Assembly (NCBI GenBank): GCA_038245785.1
Contig: JBBRSB010000023.1
Location: 1-64,000, forward strand
DNA: 64,000 bases
Reading direction: 5' to 3'
From: Gloeobacterales cyanobacterium
GTDB lineage: Bacteria > Cyanobacteriota > Cyanobacteriia > Gloeobacterales > PMM-0068
Below are positions 32,603 through 43,407 of the stretch, one piece after another (positions within the stretch are counted from its first letter, which is position 1; the number at the start of each line of letters is the position of its first letter). The position numbers were made by a program, and so were the translations under genes. The notes under the pieces are model-generated. The model saw nothing but the letters and a program-made list of their open reading frames with translations. It made no database searches and was not told where the DNA came from.

Positions 32603-33784
32603 ATGCAGTACCGTCGATTTGGACGTACCGAATTATCCATGCCTGTTTTTTCCTGTGGCGGCATGCGCTATCAGCAGCAGTGGCAGGACTGTGCGCTCTC
32701 CCAGATTCAAAAAGAGAATCAGGAGAACCTAGAAGCAGCGATCCATCGTTCGCTAGAACTCGGTATCAACCATATTGAGACAGCCCGAGGCTATGGAACC
32801 TCTGAGATGCAATTGGGTCAATTATTGCCCAAACTGCGCCGTGAAAAGTTAATCATCCAAACTAAGGTTTCTCCGACCCAAAATGCCAAAGATTTTGTGT
32901 CGGCTTTTAATCAGTCGATGAAGTATCTCAACCTGGAGTATGTGGATTTATTAGGCTTACATGGCATCAATACTCCAGAGTTGCTGGATTACAGTCTGGG
33001 ACCGAAGGGCTGTGTCGCCGCAGCCAGGCAGCTCGTCAAGGAAGGGAGAGTTCGTCACATTGGATTCTCTACCCACGGCCCAACAGAGGTTATCGTCAAA
33101 GCCATTGATACAGGGCTTTTTGACTATGTAAATCTCCACTGGTACTACATCAATCAGCGGAACTGGCCAGCGATTGAACATGCGACCCAGCAGGATATGG
33201 GCGTTTTTATCATTAGTCCTTCCGATAAGGGAGGCAAATTATATGACCCGCCTCAACGTTTGGTAGACCTCTGCCATCCCCTTAGCCCGATGGTGTTCAA
33301 TGATCTTTTTTGCCTAAGCCATCTGCAAGTTCATACCCTCAGCCTGGGTGCTTCCCGCCCCAGTGATTTTAATGAACATATAAAAGCGCTTGCTCTGCTA
33401 GACCAGGCAGACAACATTCTGCCCCCGATTATCGATCGCTTGGAACAGGCTATGGTCAAGGTGCTTGGAGAATCTTGGGTCGAGACCTGGGAACAAGGAC
33501 TGCCTCCCCACGAAGAAACTCCTGGCAATATCAATATTCCGGTACTGCTCTGGCTCAGAAATCTGGCTCTGGCCTATGACTTGGTGGAATACGGAAAGAT
33601 GCGCTACAACCTCCTTGGCAATGGCGGTCATTGGTTTCCCGGTCGCAATGCCATCAAACTCCAGGAAGTAGACCTAAGAGACTGCTTGAAGCGAAGTCCG
33701 CACCGTGAAGTGATTTCCCAACTTTTAGCTGAAACCCATGAATTGCTGGGAGCTTCCGAAGTGAAGAGGTTATCTCAGGAATGA
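32603..33784 (+). CDS. aldo/keto reductase (cyanobacterial type)
   Basis: MQYRRFGRT, HIETARGYG, IGFSTH motifs. Confidence 0.92.
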   Translation: MQYRRFGRTELSMPVFSCGGMRYQQQWQDCALSQIQKENQENLEAAIHRSLELGINHIETARGYGTSEMQLGQLLPKLRREKLIIQTKVSPTQNAKDFVSAFNQSMKYLNLEYVDLLGLHGINTPELLDYSLGPKGCVAAARQLVKEGRVRHIGFSTHGPTEVIVKAIDTGLFDYVNLHWYYINQRNWPAIEHATQQDMGVFIISPSDKGGKLYDPPQRLVDLCHPLSPMVFNDLFCLSHLQVHTLSLGASRPSDFNEHIKALALLDQADNILPPIIDRLEQAMVKVLGESWVETWEQGLPPHEETPGNINIPVLLWLRNLALAYDLVEYGKMRYNLLGNGGHWFPGRNAIKLQEVDLRDCLKRSPHREVISQLLAETHELLGASEVKRLSQE

Positions 33785-33831
33785 GGGAGATTGCTATGGG
33801 CCTACCCAGACCCTCTATTCTCCAACAAGAG

Positions 33832-34101
33832 CTAAAGCATCTTTCTATCCACTTCACTGGCTAGTTCTTCCTGAGTCACTGTGTCATCAAAAGGAGAGAT
33901 CCCGTAGGTAGACATCAGGTCAGATAGTTGCCACCGATTCACACCCAACAATTCTGCCGCACGTCCAGCACTGATATCGCCTTACTGAAGAAGAGTAAGA
34001 ACAAAAGCTTCTCGTGCCTTGCGTTCAGCCTTTGCCCTATGTTCGACTGGCACCTCAGCAATAGGAATAAAAAAATTAACTTCTATCTGAGAATGGGGCA
34101 T
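33832..34101 (-). pseudogene. UPF0175-family HTH antitoxin with in-frame TAA (not in ORF track)
   Basis: translates as MPHSQIEVNFFIPIAEVPVEHRAKAERKAREAFVLTLLQ*GDISAGRAAELLGVNRWQLSDLMSTYGISPFDDTVTQEELASEVDRKML; stop at 33982-33984. Confidence 0.78.
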
Positions 34102-34271
34102 GTCTTTCACCTGGGTGACTAAATTCTAGCCACTATTACAGTTAGGTCACAATGATCTGATATAGGAATCATGTTCTGCTGTCTTCTAAGAGCTTCATGC
34201 CACAGTTATGGCTTACATTCTGAGTTAGAAATTCTGCTACACTCGTAAAGCCGTAAAATTTGTCTCCCGCC

Positions 34272-34457
34272 ATGGCTCAGCCTAAAAAGAAAACGTCCAA
34301 GATGAAAGGCCGCTCCCGTTGTGCTCATTGGAGCCGCAAAACCACTATCCAGGCTGAAAAAGCACTGGCTTTGGGTAACTCCATTTTGAGTGGCCGCAAT
34401 ACCGGATTCATTTATCCTGCTCAAGAAGAAGCGGCTGAAGAAGATTCTGAGGGCTAG
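34272..34457 (+). CDS. rpmF: 50S ribosomal protein L32
   Basis: MAQPKKKTSK...W...AEKALALG, cyanobacterial/plastid-type L32. Confidence 0.93.
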   Translation: MAQPKKKTSKMKGRSRCAHWSRKTTIQAEKALALGNSILSGRNTGFIYPAQEEAAEEDSEG

Positions 34458-34963
34458 TGTTCTCCCTTCAATTGCCGGACTAGATGGACAATCTCTGGAA
34501 CGATTAGTTTGTCCATAGCCAGAGCCACGGCTTTGTGGGAACCCGGCAAGGAAAACACCAATTTTCCCTTAAAAATCCCGCAGGTAGCTCGTGAAGCCAT
34601 AGCCCGTGAGCCCACTTGGTCCCAGGAAAGCATTCTAAAAAGCTCCCCAAATCCAGGGAGTTCCTTTTCGAGTAAAGTTTGCAAAGCATCGAAGGTAGTA
34701 TCTCTGGGGGCAATGCCCGTACCGCCATTGCAAATCAAGACTTCTAAATCTTCCTTTTGGGCTAATTCCAAAAGCAAAGCTCTGAGGTGGTCCGGCTCAT
34801 CGGGAAGAATTTTGTAGAATCCTACGGGGTGGTCTGCTTCTTGAAGGCGCTGCTGGATGATTTGACCACTTTTGTCATCTGCTTCGGTGCGGGTATCACT
34901 CAAGGTAATCACCGCACAGCGGACTGTGCGCTGTGGGGGATCGGGACAGGGATTTTCAGCCAT
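34454..34963 (-). CDS. moaB: molybdenum cofactor biosynthesis protein MoaB/MogA
   Basis: TLSDTR, GGTGIAPRD, LPGFGELFR, LPGS motifs. Confidence 0.92.
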   Translation of the reverse strand: MAENPCPDPPQRTVRCAVITLSDTRTEADDKSGQIIQQRLQEADHPVGFYKILPDEPDHLRALLLELAQKEDLEVLICNGGTGIAPRDTTFDALQTLLEKELPGFGELFRMLSWDQVGSRAMASRATCGIFKGKLVFSLPGSHKAVALAMDKLIVPEIVHLVRQLKGEH

Positions 34964-35195
34964 GGAAGTAAGAGGTTCGGAATTTTACCTCTCTAGCTTA
35001 GATGCTTATTTCGCGTACGGTCTGAACTAGGCAGCCACTAACGAGGAAGCGAATGATTTTGGGCACCCTATCATTTAGAAAAACACTTAATTTTGATCCC
35101 GCGTCAAATACAACTCCCTAGGCTGAGTGTTAAACTAGCCTAGCATCAGTCGAGCTGTTCCATAAGATGGAAGATGTTATCTCCAAGCGTTTTGT

Positions 35196-36599
35196 GTGAA
35201 TTCTAACTCTTTCAAGAAAAATCTTTTCTGGCTGGGAGTGCAGAGGGAACTGCTCTCTATTTTGGGGTCTTTACCGCTTGCGATCTCGCTTTTTCTTGTG
35301 ATTGCTCTATTTAGCACCATAGGCACGGTCCTTCCACAACAGGAAGGAACACAGTTTTACCAAGAAAAATATCCAGACCAAGGCAAAGTTCTTTTTGGCT
35401 TCTTGAGCTGGAAAGTGATCTTGGCTTTGGGCCTGAATGATGTTTACCGCGCGTGGTGGTTCTTAGCAATTTTGATTCTTTTTGGCACAAGTCTGGCGAC
35501 CTGTTCATTTTTGCGCCAGATTCCGATGCTGAAATCTGCCCGTAAGTGGCGCTTTTATGACAATCCCAAGCGGCTTAAGAAATTTGCGCTATTTACTGAA
35601 GTCCCTGCGACCTTAGAACAGCTGATGGGCGAGCTGAAGCAGAAAGGATTCCAAGTCCAAACAGAAGGCCAGAAGGTTTATGCCCATAAGGGATTGCTTG
35701 GTCGAGTCGGGCCAATTATTGTCCATGTATCGATTATTTTGATTCTGCTTGGAGGCATGTTGGGTGCTCTTACCGGTTTCAAGACCCAAAGTATGACCCC
35801 TGAAGGAGAGCAGTTTGATTTCCATCAATTAACGAGCCCCGGTCCGTGGACGGAGGCTCCAAAATGGCAGGTCAAGGTCAACCGTTTTTGGATTGACTAT
35901 CGGCCGGATGGGTCGATTAAGCAGTTTTATTCTAATCTTTCGATCATTGATACCGATGGCAAGGAGAAAGCCCGGAAAACTATCTCTGTCAATGACCCGA
36001 TGACCTATGACGGCGTGAGCATGTATCAGGCTAGTTGGGCCGTGGATTCTGTTTTATTTCGGGTAAACAATACGCCTTGGGTAAAAATTCCGATGCGTCC
36101 GCTAGAACAGGTGATCAATGGCAAAGAGACTTGGGGCGCGATCATTCCTTTAGACCAAGAGAATAAGGCGAGGATGGTCCTGGCTACCAATGGCCTCCAG
36201 GGAACGGTCCAGGCTATTTTGTTTGGGGGAGAAAAACCGATTCCCATTTCTTTAAAGCCTGGAGTCCCAGCAGAACTGGCGCCTTCTCTCCGCTTAGAAG
36301 TCAAAGGAGTTACCGGATCTACAGGTGTTCAATCTAAGAAAGATCCAGGGACGGTCCTGGTTTATACCGGCTTTGGACTACTGATGATTGGGGTAATGAT
36401 GAGCTACCTAAGCCATAGTCAGATGTGGGCCTTTGCCAAAGATGGGGTAGTCTATGTGGCAGGTAGAACCAACCGTGCTCAGATTACTTTTGAACGAGAG
36501 TTCATGAGTATAGTGTCTAATTTACAGAACAGATTGCCAGGCCCTTCGGATGCTGAAATGGCCGAGCCGTCCACCGTCTCTAAGGAAACCCTCAGATGA
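35196..36599 (+). CDS. ccs1: cytochrome c biogenesis protein Ccs1/ResB
   Basis: [31 protein letters not shown] motifs. Confidence 0.93.
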   Translation: MNSNSFKKNLFWLGVQRELLSILGSLPLAISLFLVIALFSTIGTVLPQQEGTQFYQEKYPDQGKVLFGFLSWKVILALGLNDVYRAWWFLAILILFGTSLATCSFLRQIPMLKSARKWRFYDNPKRLKKFALFTEVPATLEQLMGELKQKGFQVQTEGQKVYAHKGLLGRVGPIIVHVSIILILLGGMLGALTGFKTQSMTPEGEQFDFHQLTSPGPWTEAPKWQVKVNRFWIDYRPDGSIKQFYSNLSIIDTDGKEKARKTISVNDPMTYDGVSMYQASWAVDSVLFRVNNTPWVKIPMRPLEQVINGKETWGAIIPLDQENKARMVLATNGLQGTVQAILFGGEKPIPISLKPGVPAELAPSLRLEVKGVTGSTGVQSKKDPGTVLVYTGFGLLMIGVMMSYLSHSQMWAFAKDGVVYVAGRTNRAQITFEREFMSIVSNLQNRLPGPSDAEMAEPSTVSKETLR

Positions 36600-37612
36600 A
36601 TCTTGTCGGCATTCAAAACGTTTTAGACAACGCTTCTTTCGCCATCCTTGGGGTAACCACCTTAAGCTACTGGGTCCACGCCGCCTTCAAGAAACCAAAA
36701 TGGCTCTCTGATATAGCTTCTGCCGGGATGAGTCTCGCGGCATTGACCACTACAGGACTTTTGGTCGCCCGCTGGATCGAGTCAGGGCATCCTTTCCCCG
36801 TTAGCAACTTATACGAATCTCTATTTTTCTTGTGTTGGTGTGTCTGTGCGGTGCATGTGGGCGCAGAATGGTTTAGCCGAGAGCGTTTAATTGGAGTCTT
36901 TACTGCTCCGGTGGCCACGCTCTTAGCTGCTTTTGCCTCCCTCGTTTTACCCGCGAACATGCAAACCAGTGCGCCCCTGGTTCCTGCCCTCCAGTCCAAC
37001 TGGCTCATGCTTCATGTAAGTGTAATGATTTTGAGCTATGGCACCCTTTTAGTCGGTTCCCTCGTGTCCATTGCTTATCTCTGGGTGACGCGTAAGGCAA
37101 AGGATTTAGAGCTTCGGGGCTCTTCTATTGGGACAGGGGGCTACCGCACTGTGGATAAGACAACCATGGGAACGGCAACCTCAGAAGCTAAAACAAGTTA
37201 TGCATTTCAATCCAATGCTGAGGGAGACGCGCTGACGGGAAACACCTTAACAATAGAGCAAGAGGCTCCTGTCGCCACGGCACTCCAAACGTTGAACCTG
37301 GCTGACCTTCTGGATAACACGAGCTATCGACTAATTGGTTTGGGCTTTCCCCTGTTGACCATTGGCATCATTGCTGGTGCCGTTTGGGCCAACGAAGCCT
37401 GGGGCTCTTACTGGAGCTGGGACCCGAAAGAGACCTGGAGTTTGATTACCTGGCTCGTTTTTGCCGCCTATCTACATTCCCGTCTTACCATCGGCTGGCA
37501 GGGTAGAAGACCTGCATTCCTAGCCTCGTTGGGTTTTGTGGTAGTGTGGATAACCTATCTTGGAGTTAACCTGCTTGGCACAGGACTCCACAGTTATGGT
37601 TGGTTTTTCTAG
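36596..37612 (+). CDS. ccsA: cytochrome c biogenesis protein CcsA (WWD domain)
   Basis: [21 protein letters not shown] and GLHSYG motifs. Confidence 0.97.
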   Translation: MNLVGIQNVLDNASFAILGVTTLSYWVHAAFKKPKWLSDIASAGMSLAALTTTGLLVARWIESGHPFPVSNLYESLFFLCWCVCAVHVGAEWFSRERLIGVFTAPVATLLAAFASLVLPANMQTSAPLVPALQSNWLMLHVSVMILSYGTLLVGSLVSIAYLWVTRKAKDLELRGSSIGTGGYRTVDKTTMGTATSEAKTSYAFQSNAEGDALTGNTLTIEQEAPVATALQTLNLADLLDNTSYRLIGLGFPLLTIGIIAGAVWANEAWGSYWSWDPKETWSLITWLVFAAYLHSRLTIGWQGRRPAFLASLGFVVVWITYLGVNLLGTGLHSYGWFF

Positions 37613-38530
37613 ATGAACAAACTTTGGGCATGGGTTAAAAACCAGCGCGAAAATATCCAAACCATTTTAATAGCGATCTTCCTCGCTTTTTTTATCCGAA
37701 CCTTTGTTGCGGAAGCACGCTATATTCCTTCAGAGTCTATGTTGCCAACTTTGATTGGTTCTCAGGACCCGTGGCAATCCGACCGCATCATTGTCGAGAA
37801 ACTTACCTACGACTTTTCTAAGCCTCAACGTACCAATGTCATTGTTTTTGTGCCTCCAGCATGCTTTCAAGACAATGCAGGCTCTGTCTCTGTAACAGAT
37901 ACTTCGGTGGCCTATATAAAGAGGATTATTGGTCTTCCGGGAGACCGCATTGAAGTACAGGGAGGCAAAGTTCAACTAGGCTCTGTGGTCTTAGACCATG
38001 AGCGCTTCCGCGTCCAGTTATTTGAGCGCACCGTTGGACTCTCTGGCGAATTCAATGGTTTTAGCGAACGGCCTTTAGCCTATCAGAAACGCCTAAAGCT
38101 AGAAAAAGATGGTGTCCAGTTTGGAGATGAAAGACTTTCCATTGCTGAAATTGCTCAGAAATTTGGTCTTGCTCCAGACCAAGTCAGCATTAAACCGGGT
38201 GTAGTGCTTATCAACAATAAAGCCTTGGACGAGTCCTATACCTATGAAGATCCCAGCTATGACATGAAAGACTTGAGTGACATTCCTTGCTATCAGGGAC
38301 AAAAGGCAGGACCTGTTATTGTTCCAGAAGGTCACTATTTTGCGATGGGCGATAACCGCAATAACTCACAAGATTCGCATATTTGGGGATTCTTGCCGGC
38401 TCATGCCTGTCGCAAAGAACAATCAGTAGTGGATACCGTACTTTCCAGTACGGGTATCACCCCTTGCACAGGACTGATTGGTAAAGCAGCTTTCCGTTTC
38501 TTTCCCTTGAATCGTTTGGGAACTATCTAA
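37613..38530 (+). CDS. lepB: signal peptidase I, copy 1
   Basis: IPSESMLPTL (catalytic Ser), YIKRIIGLPGD (Lys), MGDNRNNSQDSH. Confidence 0.95.
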   Translation: MNKLWAWVKNQRENIQTILIAIFLAFFIRTFVAEARYIPSESMLPTLIGSQDPWQSDRIIVEKLTYDFSKPQRTNVIVFVPPACFQDNAGSVSVTDTSVAYIKRIIGLPGDRIEVQGGKVQLGSVVLDHERFRVQLFERTVGLSGEFNGFSERPLAYQKRLKLEKDGVQFGDERLSIAEIAQKFGLAPDQVSIKPGVVLINNKALDESYTYEDPSYDMKDLSDIPCYQGQKAGPVIVPEGHYFAMGDNRNNSQDSHIWGFLPAHACRKEQSVVDTVLSSTGITPCTGLIGKAAFRFFPLNRLGTI

Positions 38531-38708
38531 TCAGTCTGGAAATTCTCAACTTCGGATTATTTTCATTACCCTTAGACTTACTTGAGGCACTTTCCCTGAG
38601 TTTCTGGAGTCTTCTTCCTTGAGGATAGTAGTCAAAAGAATTAGCTATCCAGTGAACCTTGGATTGGTGCTTTACGTCTAATTTGAGTTAGTATTACCGG
38701 TTTTCTGG

Positions 38709-39611
38709 ATGAATAATCTCTGGATCTGGATTAAGAGTCAGAGGGAAAATATACAAACCCTCGTTCTATCGATTCTTATTGCTTTTTCTGCCCGTGCTGT
38801 GGTAGCTGAACCGCGTTATATCCCTTCAGAGTCTATGTTGCCGACCTTAATCGGCTCTGAGAACCCTTTAAAATCTGACCGGATCATTGTCGATAAATTG
38901 ACCTACGACTTTTCCAAACCCCAGCGTTCTAACATTATTGTTTTTGCACCTCCAGTCTGTGCCCAGGCTCCCACGGGTTCTCCTTTCTCTACCAATACGT
39001 CTGAGGCCTACATTAAACGGATGATTGGTCTTCCAGGAGATCGGATCGAAGTGCAGGGCGGTAGCGTCAAACTAGGCTCTATGGTGTTAGACCATGAGCA
39101 ATTCCGCGCCCAGTTATTGGAGCGTACTCTTGGAGATGCTAACGAATTCAGTGGCTTTCATAATCAAACGCGCTTGAAGCTGGAAAAAGATGGTGTCCAG
39201 CTTGGAGACAAAAAACTTTCTACTGCTGAAATTGCTCAGAAGTTTGGACTCAATCCAGACCAAGTCAGTATTAAACCGGGTGTAGTGCTTATCAATAACA
39301 AAGCCTTGGACGAGTCCTATACCTATGAAGATCCCAGCTATTACATGAAAGACTTGAGTGACATTCCTTGCTATCAGGGACAAAAGGCAGGACCTGTTAT
39401 TGTTCCAGAAGGTCACTATTTTGCAATGGGCGATAACCGCAATAACTCACAAGATTCGCATATTTGGGGATTCTTGCCAGCTCATGCCTGCCCTAAAGAT
39501 CAGTCTGTAATCGACCGCGTACTTTCTAGTACAGGAATTGCCCCTTGCACAGGACTGATTGGCAAAGCAGCCTTTCGTTACTTCCCCTTAGATCGTTTGG
39601 GAACCATCTGA
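38709..39611 (+). CDS. lepB: signal peptidase I, copy 2 (tandem paralog)
   Basis: same motifs intact; 3' part nearly identical to copy 1. Confidence 0.95.
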   Translation: MNNLWIWIKSQRENIQTLVLSILIAFSARAVVAEPRYIPSESMLPTLIGSENPLKSDRIIVDKLTYDFSKPQRSNIIVFAPPVCAQAPTGSPFSTNTSEAYIKRMIGLPGDRIEVQGGSVKLGSMVLDHEQFRAQLLERTLGDANEFSGFHNQTRLKLEKDGVQLGDKKLSTAEIAQKFGLNPDQVSIKPGVVLINNKALDESYTYEDPSYYMKDLSDIPCYQGQKAGPVIVPEGHYFAMGDNRNNSQDSHIWGFLPAHACPKDQSVIDRVLSSTGIAPCTGLIGKAAFRYFPLDRLGTI

Positions 39612-39616
39612 AAAAT

Positions 39617-40456
39617 TTACAGACCAAACTTTCCAAGGAATTCTGTCTTCTCTCGTTCGCTCAGACCTACGTGAGCTTCGCTTACAGCTTCTGCCTTCTG
39701 CAAGAGAGAACGAACCACTTCAGCTTCTTTGCGCGATAGCCTAACTGCATGCAGAATATATTCTTCAAAGGCAGCATAGGCCATAGGAGCCACGGCTTGT
39801 GCCATGGTCGCCATTACTTTAGCGTAGGCCCTTATCTCTTCTTGGGCATGCCAGTCCATCCGCAAGCGTAGAAAGTGAAACAGATTGTGGAGATCCTGTT
39901 TCCAGTAGAACTGTGTGTAGAGATTCTGAGGCAATACCATCCGGGCCTGTTCTCGGCACACACTATCTTCTAACAAGGTTTCATAGGTACTGTAGGCATG
40001 TGCAGAATCTGCTGTTATCTGCTCAAAAGCTTTTTGCGCCATTTCTAACTCTAAGATTCCTTCTCCTACTTGCTTATTCTTATTGCTTTGACTTCTAATT
40101 TGTTCTGGAGTTGGCAAGTAGAACTCATCTTCCATGACTGAATAACGAGCGGACATAGAATTGATTGAAGCCATCCTGTGCCTAACCCATTGCGCTACGA
40201 CAAACAGAGGAGCTTTGATATGAAAAGTAAGCTCTACTTGTTCTAGCGGAGAAGTGTGTAAGTTCTTAATCAAATAGTTGATAAGTCCCTGGTCTTCCCG
40301 GACTGTTTTTGTTCCTGAGCCATAGCTAACGCGGGCAGACTGTACGATTCGGGCATCACTGCCCATATAGTCCACTAAGCGGACAAAGCCTTTATCCAAG
40401 ACAGGAAATTCTTTGTCTAAGAGTTCTTCTGCTTCAGGAACAGTGATACGGGCCAT
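39617..40456 (-). CDS. thyX: FAD-dependent thymidylate synthase
   Basis: RHRMASINSMSARY ThyX motif; HAQEEIR. Confidence 0.96.
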   Translation of the reverse strand: MARITVPEAEELLDKEFPVLDKGFVRLVDYMGSDARIVQSARVSYGSGTKTVREDQGLINYLIKNLHTSPLEQVELTFHIKAPLFVVAQWVRHRMASINSMSARYSVMEDEFYLPTPEQIRSQSNKNKQVGEGILELEMAQKAFEQITADSAHAYSTYETLLEDSVCREQARMVLPQNLYTQFYWKQDLHNLFHFLRLRMDWHAQEEIRAYAKVMATMAQAVAPMAYAAFEEYILHAVRLSRKEAEVVRSLLQKAEAVSEAHVGLSEREKTEFLGKFGL

Positions 40457-40501
40457 AGGTGCTTCTTTGGATTCGTCGGTCCCTATGATAGTTGACTTTG
40501 C

Positions 40502-41530
40502 TTAGACAAAGACAAGCTCTTTCCCTGTAATTACCTGGCCCACCTGCCAAGCATCGATGCCTTGAGCCTGGAAATAGGCTTGAGCTTCTTCCAACTGAGT
40601 TTCAGGAAGGGCCAGCACCATCCCTAAACCCTGATTAAACGTGTTATCCAAAGTTTCTTGAGAAAGATTGCCCATCTGCGTAAGCCACGGAAATATTTCT
40701 GGAACCTTCCAGGAACCCCGCTGAATTTGAGCGGTTAATATTCTTTCAGCAGCAAACATGCGCGGGACATTTTCGACCAAACCACCTCCGGTGATATGGG
40801 CTACGCCCCCCAGATCGAAGCGCTCTAAGGCTTCTAGAACGACTTTGGCATAAATGCGGGTCGGCGTTAAAAAGGCTTCTCCCAGAGATTTTTCCCAGCC
40901 TTCAGGCGTATGGTCCCAGGCAAGATTAGAAACTTCGATCACTTTGCGGACCAAACTAAAACCGTTGCTGTGAATACCAGAACTGGCTAGACCCAGAAGA
41001 GCATCGCCTTCAGCGATTCGCTGGCCATTGATAATCTTGCTGCGCTCTACGATACCAACGCAAAATCCAGCAATATCGTATTCCCCTGCTTGGTAGAAAC
41101 CAGGCATCTCTGCTGTTTCACCGCCTACCAACGCACAGCCGCTCTGTCGGCAACCTTCTGCTAAACCAGCTACAACTTCTTCCAGCTGTTCGACAGAGAG
41201 CTTACCCGTGGCTAAGTAATCCAGAAAAAATAGAGGTTCAGCGCCCTGACAGAGCACATCGTTCACGCACATGGCCACGCAGTCGATGCCGATGGTATCG
41301 TGCTTGTTCAAAGCAATCGCCAGCTTAAGCTTGGTCCCTACGCCATCAGTACCACTGACCATGACTGGTTCTTGATATTTCGTGGGCATCGTACAAAGCG
41401 CAGCAAAACTGCCAATATTCGACAAGACCTCAGCGCGCATAGTGCTCTGGGTATGGCGACGAATACGCTGGACAAACCGTTGCCCTGCCTCTACGTCCAC
41501 TCCACTGGTTTTGTAGTCTATGGAGTCCAC
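40502..41530 (-). CDS. purM: phosphoribosylformylglycinamidine cyclo-ligase
   Basis: GTDGVGTK, GGETAEMPG, HSNGFSL, HITGGG motifs; GTG start with upstream AGGA. Confidence 0.97.
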   Translation of the reverse strand: MDSIDYKTSGVDVEAGQRFVQRIRRHTQSTMRAEVLSNIGSFAALCTMPTKYQEPVMVSGTDGVGTKLKLAIALNKHDTIGIDCVAMCVNDVLCQGAEPLFFLDYLATGKLSVEQLEEVVAGLAEGCRQSGCALVGGETAEMPGFYQAGEYDIAGFCVGIVERSKIINGQRIAEGDALLGLASSGIHSNGFSLVRKVIEVSNLAWDHTPEGWEKSLGEAFLTPTRIYAKVVLEALERFDLGGVAHITGGGLVENVPRMFAAERILTAQIQRGSWKVPEIFPWLTQMGNLSQETLDNTFNQGLGMVLALPETQLEEAQAYFQAQGIDAWQVGQVITGKELVFV

Positions 41531-41621
41531 CACAACATCCTTCCTTTGGCAGATGACAAGATCGTTTCGAAGAGTTGTCAAGAGGTAATAACACTTAACG
41601 TATCAGGGTTTGGGCAATTGA

Positions 41622-42683
41622 GTGGGGATCACTGTGCTATCCTTCCCAAAAAACAAGGCGTTAAGGAGAAGGAAGTTGCACAAAGTCCTTTCAAAAACTC
41701 TTATGGTAAGTATTTCAGGCATTTTATATGTTTCGTTAAACTTTTACCTTCCGGCGCAGGCTCAAGAAGCAGAAAATATTAAGAGCTCATTCCCCATAGC
41801 CCAAGCTACTTCTCAAGAAATCTACGATCTGCAAGCACCGGTAGTTTCCACTTCCACCAATGCTCCACTCAAAATAGGCATCCAAATCCCCGAACGTTCT
41901 ACGCCCCAAGCTTCTATGTTTGTGGATGAGAAGAAAAATCAAGTTATTGTCTACTTTGACCAACTCCCCCTGCTGACCATCAATCCAAGCAAGAAAGAGA
42001 CGACGGCCCAAGGCCTGGAAGCAGCCGAATATAAAGCTTTAGAAATTACCAAGCAACTCAACCTCTTAGCCTGGAAGCCAGTAGAAGTGAGCTCTCTAAG
42101 AGTCGTCCAAGATGATGAAGGGACCCGTCTAGTCGCCCGCAACACAGCTTTAGCGGCCTCCACAGAAAGTCGTGAACGCACTTTGTGGACCCTAGACAAA
42201 ACCATGACCGTGGCATCCGCTGCCAGATCCGGCCAGGACCAAGACTTAGAGGCAACGGCTATCGCGATTACCAACCGCGTTCGCAGTCGCTTCGGATTAG
42301 CTCCCATCGCAAGCGTTGAGAAGCTCAATCCTATAGCCTCTGCGGGTAAAGCAGCTAAGAAAGTAGCCATTTCTGTGCTGAATAGCTTTCAGGGAGGGGC
42401 TTCCTGGTATGGAGGCAATGGCGACGGCTTCCATGGACGGCGGACCGCTAGCGGCGTAACCTTCAATACCTATTCGATGATGGCCGCTCACAAATCGCTC
42501 CCCTTTGGCACTCGTGTACGCGTAACCAACGTATCGAATGGCAAGCAGGTCATCGTCAAAATTCTGGACCGTGGCCCCTATATTGGGGGACGGGTCATTG
42601 ACCTCTCGAAAGCCGCAGCTCAATTGCTAGGAATGATGGGTACAGGAGTAGCTCGTGTACGGGTAGATGTCCTAAGACGTTGA
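41622..42683 (+). CDS. rlpA: septal ring lytic transglycosylase RlpA family protein (start uncertain)
   Basis: ASWYG...GRRTASG...AAHKSLPFGT...DRGPY...IDLS DPBB domain. Confidence 0.92.
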   Translation: MGITVLSFPKNKALRRRKLHKVLSKTLMVSISGILYVSLNFYLPAQAQEAENIKSSFPIAQATSQEIYDLQAPVVSTSTNAPLKIGIQIPERSTPQASMFVDEKKNQVIVYFDQLPLLTINPSKKETTAQGLEAAEYKALEITKQLNLLAWKPVEVSSLRVVQDDEGTRLVARNTALAASTESRERTLWTLDKTMTVASAARSGQDQDLEATAIAITNRVRSRFGLAPIASVEKLNPIASAGKAAKKVAISVLNSFQGGASWYGGNGDGFHGRRTASGVTFNTYSMMAAHKSLPFGTRVRVTNVSNGKQVIVKILDRGPYIGGRVIDLSKAAAQLLGMMGTGVARVRVDVLRR

Positions 42684-42697
42684 GTCCCAAGCACTAT

Positions 42698-43294
42698 CTA
42701 GAATTTCTCTCCACTGAGTAGAAAAACGGGGTCTAGGGCCGCAAAAACTTGCTGCATTCCCCGTTTTTCCAGTCTATGGATACCGGGTTGTACCACTTCA
42801 ATCTGGCGTGCCTGTAACCGCGCCAAAGACTCTGAGATTTGGTAGAGCCCTTCCAGGGAAGAAGTCACACACACTACTCTTCCGGCACTGGGGAGAACCT
42901 CCCATACTGCTTCCAGAATCTCCTGGTAGGACTTTCCCCCCTCGACGCACACTCGGTCGGGCCTTGGGGAAAGCTGAAACAAACATTCTGGAGCACTGCC
43001 TAAAAGCACTTTGACGTTACTCACCTGAAAGCGGTCACAGTTGCGCTGAATGAGTTCAGCCACTTCTTCATCTCGCTCAATAGCAATTACCTGGGACCGG
43101 GGAGAGCATAGGGCTGCCTCAATGGTCAAGGTCCCCGTCCCTGCACCGATATCCCAAAAGACAGAATCGGGTTTCAGTCTCAACTGTGCTAAAAGTTGCA
43201 CCCGGACTTCAAGCGGACTCATCGGGATACCGGGTATGCCATCAAAAAGAGTATCGGTAATACCGGGGGTAGCGTAAGGCCAAAGTGTAGACAT
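42698..43294 (-). CDS. cbiT: precorrin-6Y C5,15-methyltransferase subunit CbiT
   Basis: WPYATPGI...EVR...WDIGAGTG motifs. Confidence 0.92.
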   Translation of the reverse strand: MSTLWPYATPGITDTLFDGIPGIPMSPLEVRVQLLAQLRLKPDSVFWDIGAGTGTLTIEAALCSPRSQVIAIERDEEVAELIQRNCDRFQVSNVKVLLGSAPECLFQLSPRPDRVCVEGGKSYQEILEAVWEVLPSAGRVVCVTSSLEGLYQISESLARLQARQIEVVQPGIHRLEKRGMQQVFAALDPVFLLSGEKF

Positions 43295-43407
43295 GGCCCT
43301 ATCATCGCAAGCCCTATTTCCCAATCAAGCTTATTTTTGTGTACAATTGTAAAATATTGTAAATAAGTCCAAAAAAGTTCTTCGCATATCTCGTCTAGGA
43401 GTTAGAC

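Noticed and set aside
33982..33984. programmed stop read-through or selenocysteine
   Set aside because: The codon is TAA, not TGA or TAG, and a single substitution from CAA or GAA explains it.
41300..41782. 160-aa plus-strand ORF and the many other antisense or overlapping ORFs in the track
   Set aside because: Shadow frames of well-supported genes (here purM and rlpA), with no motifs of their own.
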